Shown: positions 19,697 through 28,508 of the stretch, in pieces | Numbering within the stretch: position 1 is the stretch's first letter | Layout: each line of letters opens with the position of its first letter | NCBI GenBank assembly: GCA_964352085.1 | Contig: CAYGPN010000009.1 | Coordinates: 44,539-108,538, forward strand | DNA length: 64,000 nucleotides | Reading direction: 5' to 3' | Source: an uncultured Gammaproteobacteria bacterium | Lineage (GTDB): Bacteria; Cyanobacteriota; Vampirovibrionia; LMEP-6097; CAYGPN01 | Notes under the pieces: generated by a model | What the model was told of the DNA's origin: nothing | Databases searched by the model: none | The model's input: only the letters and a program-made list of their open reading frames with translations | Position numbers and translations under genes: made by a program

Positions 19697-20944
19697 ATGA
19701 ATAAATTTGATCACTACGATGAACTAATACTAGAAAGAAAAGAAAATACGCCCGAAGCTAAACAGATATCGAAGGGGATACTTATAGCAAAAAATTCAAG
19801 AGGGCTATATATAGATTTAAACAAAACTTTTGAAGGCTTTATATCAGCAAACGAATTGGGCAAGAAAAAACTGGACGAATACCAAATTGGTGAAAAATTT
19901 GATGTCTTTATTTGCGCAAACCAAAATCAGGATGGTGTATTCAGGCTCTCAATTAAAGAAATAGAGAAGCAAGCAAGCTGGGGTAAATTAGAAACACTAG
20001 AAGGGCAGAACTTAGAACTTAAGATAACTAAGATTGTTAAAAGCGGTGTTGAAGCGGAAATTATAATCACTGGACAAACAGGTTTTCTTCCTGGAAGATA
20101 CATAGATTCAAATCAAGAAGTTCTTCGCGGGAAGACTCAAAACGAATGGGTGGGAATAAATATTCCGGGAAGAATTCACGAGCTTGATAAAGAAAAAAGC
20201 AAAATAATTTTAAACAACAGAGTTATTTCTGAAGAGCAGCGCAGCGCACACGCAGAAGAAACTCTTAAAACTTTGACTGTTGGTCAAAGCATTGAAGGTG
20301 ATGTTGTTAGATGCACAGACTTTGGTGTCTTTGTTGATATCGGTGGTATTGATGCTCTTATACCAGCTTCAGAGCTTTCTTGGAGAAGGTTCAAAAAACC
20401 ATCAGATATTTTAAAACCTGGTGATAGAACTAAAGCTAAGATTTTTAGAGTTGATATTGAAAACAAAAAAGTTGGTTTGAGTATTAAGCAAGAAGAGCCT
20501 GATCCTTGGACTGCCCTTCCAGAAGAAGCTAAGATCGGAACTGAAATTACTGGAACAGTGGTGACTCACGCTGAGTTCGGCGCTTTCCTAGAAGTCTTTC
20601 CTGGTGTAGAAGCTTTGCTTCATAAATCTAATATTCCAGATGGAGTTCTTCCAGCAATTGGATCTGAGGTTAAAGCAGAAATTACAAACATTGAGCCTGC
20701 TAAAAAACGTATGGGAATTGCTTTAACAGTTACTGGAACTAAGCCAGAAGCAGTCACAGAAGAGGCTAAAGCAGTAGAAGTCAAGGAAGAAAACAGCTTA
20801 GCTGAAACTAAGCCGGAGACAGTTGAAACAAGCGCAACTGTTGAAGCAAAAGAAGAAATTAAAACAAAAGAAGCTCCAACTGAGAACAAAGGTGCTGAAG
20901 GAAATCCTGAATCTGAAACAAAGGAACTAGAACATGCAAAATAA
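19697..20944 (+). CDS. S1 RNA-binding-domain protein, resembling a shortened ribosomal protein S1 with four S1 domains and an acidic C-terminal tail.
   Basis: Repeated S1 signatures, e.g. GDVVRCTDFGVFVDIGGIDALIPASELSWRR and GTVVTHAEFGAFLEVFPGVEALLHKSNI. Confidence 0.6.
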   Translation: MNKFDHYDELILERKENTPEAKQISKGILIAKNSRGLYIDLNKTFEGFISANELGKKKLDEYQIGEKFDVFICANQNQDGVFRLSIKEIEKQASWGKLETLEGQNLELKITKIVKSGVEAEIIITGQTGFLPGRYIDSNQEVLRGKTQNEWVGINIPGRIHELDKEKSKIILNNRVISEEQRSAHAEETLKTLTVGQSIEGDVVRCTDFGVFVDIGGIDALIPASELSWRRFKKPSDILKPGDRTKAKIFRVDIENKKVGLSIKQEEPDPWTALPEEAKIGTEITGTVVTHAEFGAFLEVFPGVEALLHKSNIPDGVLPAIGSEVKAEITNIEPAKKRMGIALTVTGTKPEAVTEEAKAVEVKEENSLAETKPETVETSATVEAKEEIKTKEAPTENKGAEGNPESETKELEHAK

Positions 20945-21527
20945 AGAAAGTTTAGTTAAAGAAACTAAGAGCTTATTACAAACAGCTCAAAAAGAAGTTA
21001 CTAGAGAAATGAACTCTCAAAAAAGTTTTTTCTCAAAGCTTTTTAGTGGTAATGCTTTAGAAGCTCTTAAAACCGCTCAATCCAATATCGCTAAAGCTTT
21101 AAACAACCTAGAGTCTTTCAATGAAAGCGGCACTCAAGCTGAGCGCAAACTTCAAGCTAATCTTGGAGAAAGAGACACTAAGATTAAAAGCTTAGAAGAA
21201 GAGTTGACTGCAGCTAGAAACGACGCTAGTACTTTATCAGATAGAATTAAATTCCTAGAAAATCAGCAAGCTAAGCTTGAAGCTGAAAAAATAGAGCTCA
21301 AGGAAGAGGATCAGACTCCTTCTGCTCCTCTTCCTGAACAAGCCCCTGTTATTTCTAATGAAGAAGTTAAAAAACTAGAAGAAGAAAAAGAAAAACTTCA
21401 ATTTGAGAGAGCTGAAATAAATGATAAATATCAAAGCACTAAAAAAGACCTTAAAGATGCTCAAAACCTAGCTATTGAATTTAATAAAAGATTAGCTAGA
21501 TTAAAAACTGAAATTCTTGTTTCTTAA
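20934..21527 (+). CDS. Hypothetical coiled-coil protein.
   Basis: Heptad-rich Lys/Glu/Leu sequence. Overlaps the S1 gene end by 11 bp and abuts folB, which suggests an operon. Confidence 0.4.
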   Translation: MQNKESLVKETKSLLQTAQKEVTREMNSQKSFFSKLFSGNALEALKTAQSNIAKALNNLESFNESGTQAERKLQANLGERDTKIKSLEEELTAARNDASTLSDRIKFLENQQAKLEAEKIELKEEDQTPSAPLPEQAPVISNEEVKKLEEEKEKLQFERAEINDKYQSTKKDLKDAQNLAIEFNKRLARLKTEILVS

Positions 21528-21901
21528 TGCAGAAATCAGACACTATACATTTAAAAAACATCGAGTCTTTTTGCAGGCTCGGTGTTTTTGATATAGAAAG
21601 AGAAAAAGGTCAGATAATTAAAGTTGATTTAGATGTTGATCTGGATCTTAAAGCATCGGGTGATAGTGATGACTTAAAAGACACCGTGAACTATGCTGAT
21701 TTTTCTTTCAAGGTTCAAGAGATTGCAAAAGCAAAAGAATATTTCTTAGTAGAACATTTGGCTGAAGAAATCATTAAAGCCTTATTTTTATGTTCTGAAT
21801 TAATCAAAGCAATTAAAATTAAAGTACATAAACCAACAATAATCACAGAGGGCTTTTCAGGCGATGTCGCTATCACACTACATAGAAGCAGAGAAAACTA
21901 A
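21527..21901 (+). CDS. folB: Dihydroneopterin aldolase.
   Basis: 124 aa. The pattern matches FolB (GVFDIEREKGQ…SDDLKDTVNYADF…LVEHLAEEI…IKVHKPT). Confidence 0.65.
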   Translation: MQKSDTIHLKNIESFCRLGVFDIEREKGQIIKVDLDVDLDLKASGDSDDLKDTVNYADFSFKVQEIAKAKEYFLVEHLAEEIIKALFLCSELIKAIKIKVHKPTIITEGFSGDVAITLHRSREN

Positions 21902-23081
21902 AGACCTCTCAATCTTAAAAGAAATACTAGGAGCTGAAGATAGTTTCTTCTTTGAAACTATAAATGAAAATAGCAGTGAGATTAAAATCATAACCGCAGC
22001 CAAACCTATTCAGAAATTCAGATCTCTAGATGAGCTAGATGGTTTCATTAAAAACCATGGGGATAAATATAAAAACACCGATGCTGGGATGGCTGGATAT
22101 ATAAACTACGAGGGGGCTTTAGAATTTGCTTTTTATGAAAAAATTCATGAGCTAAATTTAAAACAAGAAGATCTCAAAAGCTTATTGATGCCTTATCAAG
22201 ACAAGGAAACAAAGTATAAAATAATCACTCCAGATAGTGATGAGTTTATTAACAATGTCAAAAAGGCACAAGAGTATATAAGTGAGGGGGATATTTATCA
22301 AGCTAATATAACTCGCAAGTTTTTAATTGAAAATCAAAAAGAACCTTTTCTAAACAAGCAAGCTAAAGCTAATTTCAAATCACAAAAAATAGGCTTGAAT
22401 ATTTACTCAAAGCTCCGCAAAGCTAATCCTGCACCTTATTGTGGCTATTTAAATTTTGAAGACTACGAAATTATTAGCAGCTCGCCAGAATCATTTTTAA
22501 AAATCTATTCAGAAGGATCTAAATTAAAAATATCAAGCTCACCAATTAAAGGTACCGCTGATTTAGAAAATAGAAACTTTCTTATCAATTCAAAAAAAGA
22601 TAAAGCTGAGCATATTATGATAGTTGATCTTGTTCGCAATGATCTGGGGCGCATTTGCAAAACTGGAAGCATTGAAGTGGGTGAAATGCTCGGTATTTAT
22701 CAATTCAAAAATCTTTTTCACTACATCTCAACAGTTTCTGGTGACTTAAAAGACAAGCTTAGTTTTAAAGAAATCTTTGAAGCTTGTTTTCCTGGTGGTT
22801 CTATAACCGGCGCACCAAAGATCCGAGCAATGGAAATCATAAAAGAATTAGAGCCAGTAGAGCGCGGTCCTTACACCGGCTCTATGGGTTATATGAAATA
22901 TAATGGCGAGCACTTAAAAGCTGAGTTTAATATCTTAATTCGAACTATTGTAATAAATAAAAAAAAGAACGAGGCTTCTTTTCACAGCGGTGGTGGTATC
23001 ACTGCATATTCTGACCCTAAACTTGAGCTTGAAGAGAGCAATTTAAAAGCAGAAAAGCTAATTGACGCTTTAAACACTTAG
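21864..23081 (+). CDS. pabB: Aminodeoxychorismate synthase component I / chorismate-binding enzyme.
   Basis: Chorismate-binding C-terminal signature …CFPGGSITGAPKIRAMEIIKELEPVERGPYTGSMGY…. Overlaps folB by 38 bp and sits in the folate context. Confidence 0.6.
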   Translation: MSLSHYIEAEKTKDLSILKEILGAEDSFFFETINENSSEIKIITAAKPIQKFRSLDELDGFIKNHGDKYKNTDAGMAGYINYEGALEFAFYEKIHELNLKQEDLKSLLMPYQDKETKYKIITPDSDEFINNVKKAQEYISEGDIYQANITRKFLIENQKEPFLNKQAKANFKSQKIGLNIYSKLRKANPAPYCGYLNFEDYEIISSSPESFLKIYSEGSKLKISSSPIKGTADLENRNFLINSKKDKAEHIMIVDLVRNDLGRICKTGSIEVGEMLGIYQFKNLFHYISTVSGDLKDKLSFKEIFEACFPGGSITGAPKIRAMEIIKELEPVERGPYTGSMGYMKYNGEHLKAEFNILIRTIVINKKKNEASFHSGGGITAYSDPKLELEESNLKAEKLIDALNT

Positions 23082-23120
23082 GTATTTACTTAAGTAGGCT
23101 GAAAATGATAAGCTCATTAA

Positions 23121-23741
23121 GTGCCAATGACAGATAGCAAAATTAAAAAAACAGCGCCTTTTATAAGCGACGACTTGTCTAAATCAAGGCCCTCTGAAGA
23201 AGAGCTAAAGGCTGCTATTAAAACAATCATTAAAGGCATCGGTGATGACCCCAACCGTGAAGGAGTGCTTGAAACTCCAGATAGAGTTCTTAGATCATAT
23301 AAAGAACTTTTTGCTGGCTACGAGCAAAATCCTAAAGAAATTTTATCTAAGACTTTTGAAAATGATGGTGGCTCACGAATGGTACTTTTAAAAGATATTG
23401 AGTTTTACTCAAGTTGCGAGCATCACATGATCCCTTTTACAGGCAAAGTGCATATTGGTTATTTCCCAACAAACAAAATAGTAGGGCTTTCTAAATTAGC
23501 TCGCTTAGTAGAATGCTTTGCTAGACGCCTGCAGGTGCAAGAGCGCCTCGTTAGTCAGATTGCTGATGCTATAGAAACTGAATTAAATGCTGAAGGTGTA
23601 GCGGTAGTAATTGAAGCTAAGCATTTTTGCATGTGCTCAAGAGGCGTTAACAAGCAAGATTCAGTGATGATCACATCAGCTATGCGCGGACACTTCCTTA
23701 AAGCTGAGCCTCGTAACGAGTTTTTGACGCTTATAAAATAA
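23121..23741 (+). CDS. folE: GTP cyclohydrolase I.
   Basis: Catalytic motif SSCEHHMIPFTGKVHIGYFP and the C-terminal segment typical of FolE. Confidence 0.8.
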   Translation: MPMTDSKIKKTAPFISDDLSKSRPSEEELKAAIKTIIKGIGDDPNREGVLETPDRVLRSYKELFAGYEQNPKEILSKTFENDGGSRMVLLKDIEFYSSCEHHMIPFTGKVHIGYFPTNKIVGLSKLARLVECFARRLQVQERLVSQIADAIETELNAEGVAVVIEAKHFCMCSRGVNKQDSVMITSAMRGHFLKAEPRNEFLTLIK

Positions 23742-23819
23742 ATTATTTTCTCTGCAAATACTTAATCAATCCAGCAAGCATTATAAAGCCAAATAAAAAG
23801 CCTTTAAATAAAGAAGCTA

Positions 23820-24503
23820 TCATTGATGCAAGCACACCTTAGTTGAAACCTCTCTGCCTAAATTTGGATGGATCAAACGATAGCCGTACTCATACTTAGC
23901 TTCATCAGCTGTGTAATTTAAAAGATTGAAGCTAGCTATTTTACCAAGAGGCGATTTATATTTATCAATATTATCAACGTTATTAGTTTTCTTTCTTACC
24001 TTCTCTAAAAGCTTTTCAGGGAAAGCATCTGGAGAAAGGTAAATCACACCGGTGCATCTACCATGAACATTTGACATCAAATCATCCATGCGAGGTATTT
24101 CTTCCTGCGCGCCAGGATGCAAGATGCGAGCTTTAACGAACTTATCTGTTGATGAATCTTTTAGATAAATATCAGTGATTGCATAATTATCTTTTTTAAC
24201 CCAGAAAGGATTTTTAATAGTTTTAATTTCTATTTTTTTTGTTCTTGCAATTGTAGACCACATTTCTTTTTGTAAATTATAAAGTCCATTTTGGTGAACT
24301 AGATAGAAAAAATCTCTAACTAAAAAAACTACAGTCGCGCGAACTAAATTATCAATTTCAGCATCACCTGCTTGAAAATCAATATTCATGCAAACCTGTT
24401 TAAGATCTTCTGGTTTCCAAGAGCGCGGCTCAAACAAAACATCTTCCATGCCCTGCAATTCTTCTATACGTTTTGATACTGTTATAGTCACTTCTTTCCT
24501 CAT
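23820..24503 (-). CDS. Hypothetical protein.
   Basis: 227-aa ORF with no recognisable motif. Confidence 0.35.
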   Translation of the reverse strand: MRKEVTITVSKRIEELQGMEDVLFEPRSWKPEDLKQVCMNIDFQAGDAEIDNLVRATVVFLVRDFFYLVHQNGLYNLQKEMWSTIARTKKIEIKTIKNPFWVKKDNYAITDIYLKDSSTDKFVKARILHPGAQEEIPRMDDLMSNVHGRCTGVIYLSPDAFPEKLLEKVRKKTNNVDNIDKYKSPLGKIASFNLLNYTADEAKYEYGYRLIHPNLGREVSTKVCLHQ

Positions 24504-24529
24504 ATCCTTAAGTGGATACCACCATTATA

Positions 24530-25363
24530 CTAGGCATTTACAGATCCCCAAAGGAATTTATCCCTTAAGATATTGTAGAAGCTAAGCTTCTTACCTTTAA
24601 GTCCAGCAAGTTTAAGTTTATAAGGTGACTTTTGCACAATAATTTTAGAGCCTGGTTTTAGTTCTATAAGTTCTTGACCATCAGCTTGCATAAAAAACTT
24701 AATCTCGTCGCGGCTATGAATAACTATTGTTTGATCATTAGAAATTACATGCGGGCGACTTGTTAAAGAGTGTGGTGCAATAGGTACTATTTGAAAAGCT
24801 TGAATGCCTGGATCCATAACTGCTCCTCCAGCACTAAGCGCGTAGGCTGTTGATCCTGTTGGCGTGCAAACTATAAGCCCATCAGATCTAAAACTAGAAA
24901 GAAGATCTTCGCCTACATAAAGATCTGTGTAAAGAAGATTTGCTAAGTGCGAGCGGTTAATAACTATATCGTTCAATGCATGAAACGATATATCTAGCTC
25001 AGGCAGATAACCCTGGAGCATATCACGATCTTCAATAATTATATTTTCGTGATTAATATATTCAGCTAATTCTTCAAGATCAATATCAGCAGATTCTGAC
25101 AGGAAGCCCAAATGTCCATGATTAATTCCCAGAATTGGGATCTCATACTTGCAAACATTTCTTGCTGTATTTAAAAAAGTACCATCCCCGCCAAAAACAA
25201 TAATTAAATCAGAATCACTATCTATAGGCTCCCAATCTTTTTCTTCTTTCCCGGTAGTTTGGATCCAAACTTTATATTTATCTTTAATAAGATCAGCAAG
25301 CTCATCGGCTCTTTCTTTGAGCTTCTCTTTGATTGGGTTATAAAGTATACCGATCTTTTTCAT
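24530..25363 (-). CDS. nadK: NAD+ kinase.
   Basis: GGDGTFL and NHGHLGFL motifs in the usual spacing. Confidence 0.7.
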   Translation of the reverse strand: MKKIGILYNPIKEKLKERADELADLIKDKYKVWIQTTGKEEKDWEPIDSDSDLIIVFGGDGTFLNTARNVCKYEIPILGINHGHLGFLSESADIDLEELAEYINHENIIIEDRDMLQGYLPELDISFHALNDIVINRSHLANLLYTDLYVGEDLLSSFRSDGLIVCTPTGSTAYALSAGGAVMDPGIQAFQIVPIAPHSLTSRPHVISNDQTIVIHSRDEIKFFMQADGQELIELKPGSKIIVQKSPYKLKLAGLKGKKLSFYNILRDKFLWGSVNA

Positions 25364-25375
25364 GCGCTTAGTTAA

Positions 25376-26533
25376 TTATAAAACAGTAGCTAGCCTAGAC
25401 CAATGGCTAGTTTGAACATTATCAGAAATTTGAAAGGCTTCTTCCTTATTACAAAGCAAATAAGCTTTGGAATCTGGCTTAAGCTTCACAAAAGCCTCTA
25501 AAGATTTTCCATATTCTTTTTTTGGTGTTGCTGTGAGTTTCACTTCTGTTGCTATCACTTGCCCTTTATACTCAATTATAAAATCAACCTCTAAACCATT
25601 ATTGTCTCTAAAAAAATATATGCTTGGTTTTTTTCCTTGATGGTTAAAGAACTTAACAAGCTCACTTAAAACCAATCCCTCAAAAAGAGCTCCAGACATT
25701 GGTCCTTTTTGTATTTGCTCTTCACTTGCGTGCCCTGTAAGATGGCTTACTATTCCTGGATCCAAGAAATATAATTTTTGAGATTTCACTATACGCTTAC
25801 CTAAATTATTATGGTATGGAGGCACCAGATAAATTAATTGGCTTTTTTCTAATAAGGCAATCCAAGACTGAACTGTTAATTTGCTTACACCAAGCTCTTT
25901 TGATAGAGAAGCAAAATTCAATTCCTGAGAACTTCTTAGAGCTATTAATTTTATAAACTGGTCATAAACTTTTATATGCTCTTTTTTTATATTTGCTCTT
26001 ATATCCTTATTTAAAATTGTGTCAATGTAAGAATCAAACCATAATGTTCTATCCATTTCTTTAATATTAGGTTCTGGATACAATCCTTTAAGTACGATTT
26101 TAGACCAAAGTGGCACTTCTTTTGAATACAATTCTTGAACAGAGAAAGGATTTAAAGATAGAACAGCCATGCGCCCAGCAAGGCTTTCATGAACATCAGC
26201 CATTAGGTTAAATTGCTGCGATCCAGTAAGAACAAAAGCTCCTTCTTTTTGCTCATTATCAACTTTCTTTTTTATATATGAAAGTAAGTCAGGGGCGTTT
26301 TGAATTTCATCTATAATAAGCGGGCATTCATTATATTTTAAAAACAAGTCGGGGTCTTCATTTGCTTGCCTGCGTGTTTCTATATCATCCAAGCTCACAT
26401 AGTTATATTCTGGCAATATCGCTTTTAAAAGCGTAGATTTGCCAGACTGCCTAGCACCAGTTAATAAAATCACTTTAAACTGAGCGATTGCTTTTTTGAG
26501 AATATTTGAAAGATCTCTCTTAAAATATGGCAC
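25376..26533 (-). CDS. AAA+ ATPase of the COG1373/DUF4143 type with a C-terminal PD-(D/E)xK-like segment (paralog 1).
   Basis: Walker A TGARQSGKST, Walker B LIIDEIQ, and C-terminal …GLEVDFIIEYKGQVIATEVK. Confidence 0.6.
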   Translation of the reverse strand: MPYFKRDLSNILKKAIAQFKVILLTGARQSGKSTLLKAILPEYNYVSLDDIETRRQANEDPDLFLKYNECPLIIDEIQNAPDLLSYIKKKVDNEQKEGAFVLTGSQQFNLMADVHESLAGRMAVLSLNPFSVQELYSKEVPLWSKIVLKGLYPEPNIKEMDRTLWFDSYIDTILNKDIRANIKKEHIKVYDQFIKLIALRSSQELNFASLSKELGVSKLTVQSWIALLEKSQLIYLVPPYHNNLGKRIVKSQKLYFLDPGIVSHLTGHASEEQIQKGPMSGALFEGLVLSELVKFFNHQGKKPSIYFFRDNNGLEVDFIIEYKGQVIATEVKLTATPKKEYGKSLEAFVKLKPDSKAYLLCNKEEAFQISDNVQTSHWSRLATVL

Positions 26534-26563
26534 AAATATATTATACCAAAGTTAAGTGCTACT

Positions 26564-26641
26564 TAACATACGTATGAATTTTAGCTATTTTTATGCCATA
26601 TTTCATACAAAAAGCAAGTCATGCTTAACATATGTATAAAT
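26564..26641 (-). promoter_or_regulatory. Two direct copies, about 60 bp apart, of TGCTTAACATAYGTATRAAT containing palindromic cores (CATACGTATG; ACATATGT), in the promoter region of AAA-ATPase paralog 1.
   Basis: gtgctacttaacatacgtatgaatt (26557-26581) and gtcatgcttaacatatgtataaatc (26619-26643). They lie between the tlyA stop codon and the AAA-ATPase gene start at 26533. Confidence 0.4.
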
Positions 26642-27417
26642 CAGTCTAGCCTAAAGTGAGCTAAAAACTCCACATTACCTTTAGCGCCTTTAATTGGTGA
26701 TTCTGTTAAAGCTAGCTTTTTATAACCCTGCTCTTCTATCTGGCTAATTACTCTTTCCACTATTTCATTACGAATCGTTTCGTCAGTGATCACACCTTTA
26801 AATTTATCAGCTATTTTTTTACCTGCTTCAAATTGAGGTTTAATCAGAAAAACGATATCTGTTTTATCATCAGCTAAAACAATCTTTAAATTTTCCAAGA
26901 TCTTTGTAATAGAAATAAAAGAAAGATCTGCAACAACCATATCAACTTGCTCATTATCAGGGAGCTTAAGCTCTTCTCTTTTTAAATCTTTTACATTTTT
27001 CCCTTCGATATTTAAAATGCGTTTATCATCTCTAATTTTATAAGCAAGCTGCCCTTTGCCTACATCTATTGCTATCACTCTTTTAGCGCCATTTTGAAGT
27101 GAGTAGTCAGTGAAGCCACCAGTCGATGCGCCCAAATCCAAAATCACTTTATCTTTAAAATCTAATTTAAAATCCTGATGAGCTTTTTCAAGCTTGTAAG
27201 CGCCTCTACTAACGTAAGGCATAGACTTATCCTGAACTTCTATTAGATTAGGGTTCTCTTCGAGTTTTTTTATACTCACTTGAGTGCCAGCTTTATTCTG
27301 CACTTGACCAGCTACTTTTACGTAATTAGACATAATTGCAGTGCGCGCCTTTTCGCGGCTATCATAATAGCCTTGCTCAAGAAGTATTTGATCTAGTCGT
27401 TTTTTAGACAAATTCAT
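26641..27417 (-). CDS. tlyA: TlyA family rRNA 2'-O-methyltransferase (hemolysin A-like) with an S4 domain.
   Basis: N-terminal S4-like KRLDQILLEQGYYDSREKARTAIM and an FtsJ-like SAM motif ILDLGASTGGFTDY. Confidence 0.7.
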   Translation of the reverse strand: MNLSKKRLDQILLEQGYYDSREKARTAIMSNYVKVAGQVQNKAGTQVSIKKLEENPNLIEVQDKSMPYVSRGAYKLEKAHQDFKLDFKDKVILDLGASTGGFTDYSLQNGAKRVIAIDVGKGQLAYKIRDDKRILNIEGKNVKDLKREELKLPDNEQVDMVVADLSFISITKILENLKIVLADDKTDIVFLIKPQFEAGKKIADKFKGVITDETIRNEIVERVISQIEEQGYKKLALTESPIKGAKGNVEFLAHFRLD

Positions 27418-27481
27418 TAAAAGTATAATGGAAATCCGCTATGATTAGCGAAGTGCGGCAAGAAAGCACGCGATTACAAGG

Positions 27482-28039
27482 ATGAGCCAAACTGCAGTGA
27501 AAAAATATACTTTAAATAAAGGCCTAAGTCTCTGGCTCACTGGATTATCAGGTTCTGGTAAATCTACTATAGCTTATGCTCTTTATAAAAAATTATCAGG
27601 ATCTATCTCACGTATTGAAGTGCTTGATGGAGATGCTATGCGCGAGCATATTAACAAGGGTCTAGGCTTTACTAAAGAAGACAGGCTCATTAACATCGAA
27701 CGTAACGCTTATATAGCCGGACTTTTATCAAAACATGGAATTTTAGTAATAGTTCCAGTAATAGCTCCTTACAAAGAAGCTAGAGCTAAAGCTCGTTCTC
27801 TGAGTGAAAATTTTGTTGAGGTTTTTGTAAAAGCTGATATAGAGACTGTTAAAGAAAGAGATGTTAAAGGTCTTTATAAAAAAGCTATAGCTGGTGAGAT
27901 AGAAAATTTCACTGGAATATCTGATCCTTATGAAGAACCAGAAAATCCTGAGATACTAATTAATACGGATAAATTATCTATTGAAGATTCTGTTCAAAAT
28001 ATTATTGATTATTTAATTGAAAATGACTATATAAGTTAG
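27482..28039 (+). CDS. cysC: Adenylyl-sulfate (APS) kinase.
   Basis: P-loop LWLTGLSGSGKSTIA and overall APS-kinase length and pattern. Confidence 0.7.
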   Translation: MSQTAVKKYTLNKGLSLWLTGLSGSGKSTIAYALYKKLSGSISRIEVLDGDAMREHINKGLGFTKEDRLINIERNAYIAGLLSKHGILVIVPVIAPYKEARAKARSLSENFVEVFVKADIETVKERDVKGLYKKAIAGEIENFTGISDPYEEPENPEILINTDKLSIEDSVQNIIDYLIENDYIS

Positions 28040-28078
28040 TCTATAAATTTCTAATTTAGCCTATTATATTTTTTTGAC

Positions 28079-28420
28079 AGTTTATCTACAGATAGATTGC
28101 TTCGCTTCACTCGCAATGACGGTTTCTAGCCTTTATATTCAAATAGTTGCGTCATTACCAATAATAAAAGCCTTAAGAATACTGTAGAAAACTGTTTATA
28201 ACTTGTAGAAAAGTCTACAGAGAAAGTAGATAAAAATAGGCTCTTTTTCTATTAAAAATCGAAACTGTTCATAACTTTAAAACTGTAGAAAGTTTTCTAC
28301 ATCAATTCTCTAATACAGAAGCCCTCTTTGGGACTTATCTACAAAAACTTATTAGCCTACTACTACTTTTAATATATATAATCTATTGTTCTAATAGTAA
28401 GTATAAATATAAAAATCTCA
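28079..28420. promoter_or_regulatory. Cluster of DnaA-box-like 9-mers (TTATCTACA / TTTTCTACA, both orientations) followed by an AT-rich stretch, lying upstream of dnaN. Candidate oriC.
   Basis: TTATCTACA at 28082 and 28337. TGTAGAAAA (the reverse complement of TTTTCTACA) at about 28185 and 28205. TTTTCTACA at about 28295. CTTTCTACA as a reverse complement at about 28284. AT-rich aatatatataatctattgttctaatagtaagtataaatataaaaat at 28370-28420. Confidence 0.45.
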
Positions 28421-28508
28421 CAATTGGAGATTGTGTAGAATAGAGAGTGTTAAGGAGATGGGTGTTTAAATAAACACTATCCACCTGCACTAAAGAAAGA
28501 GACGGTTT

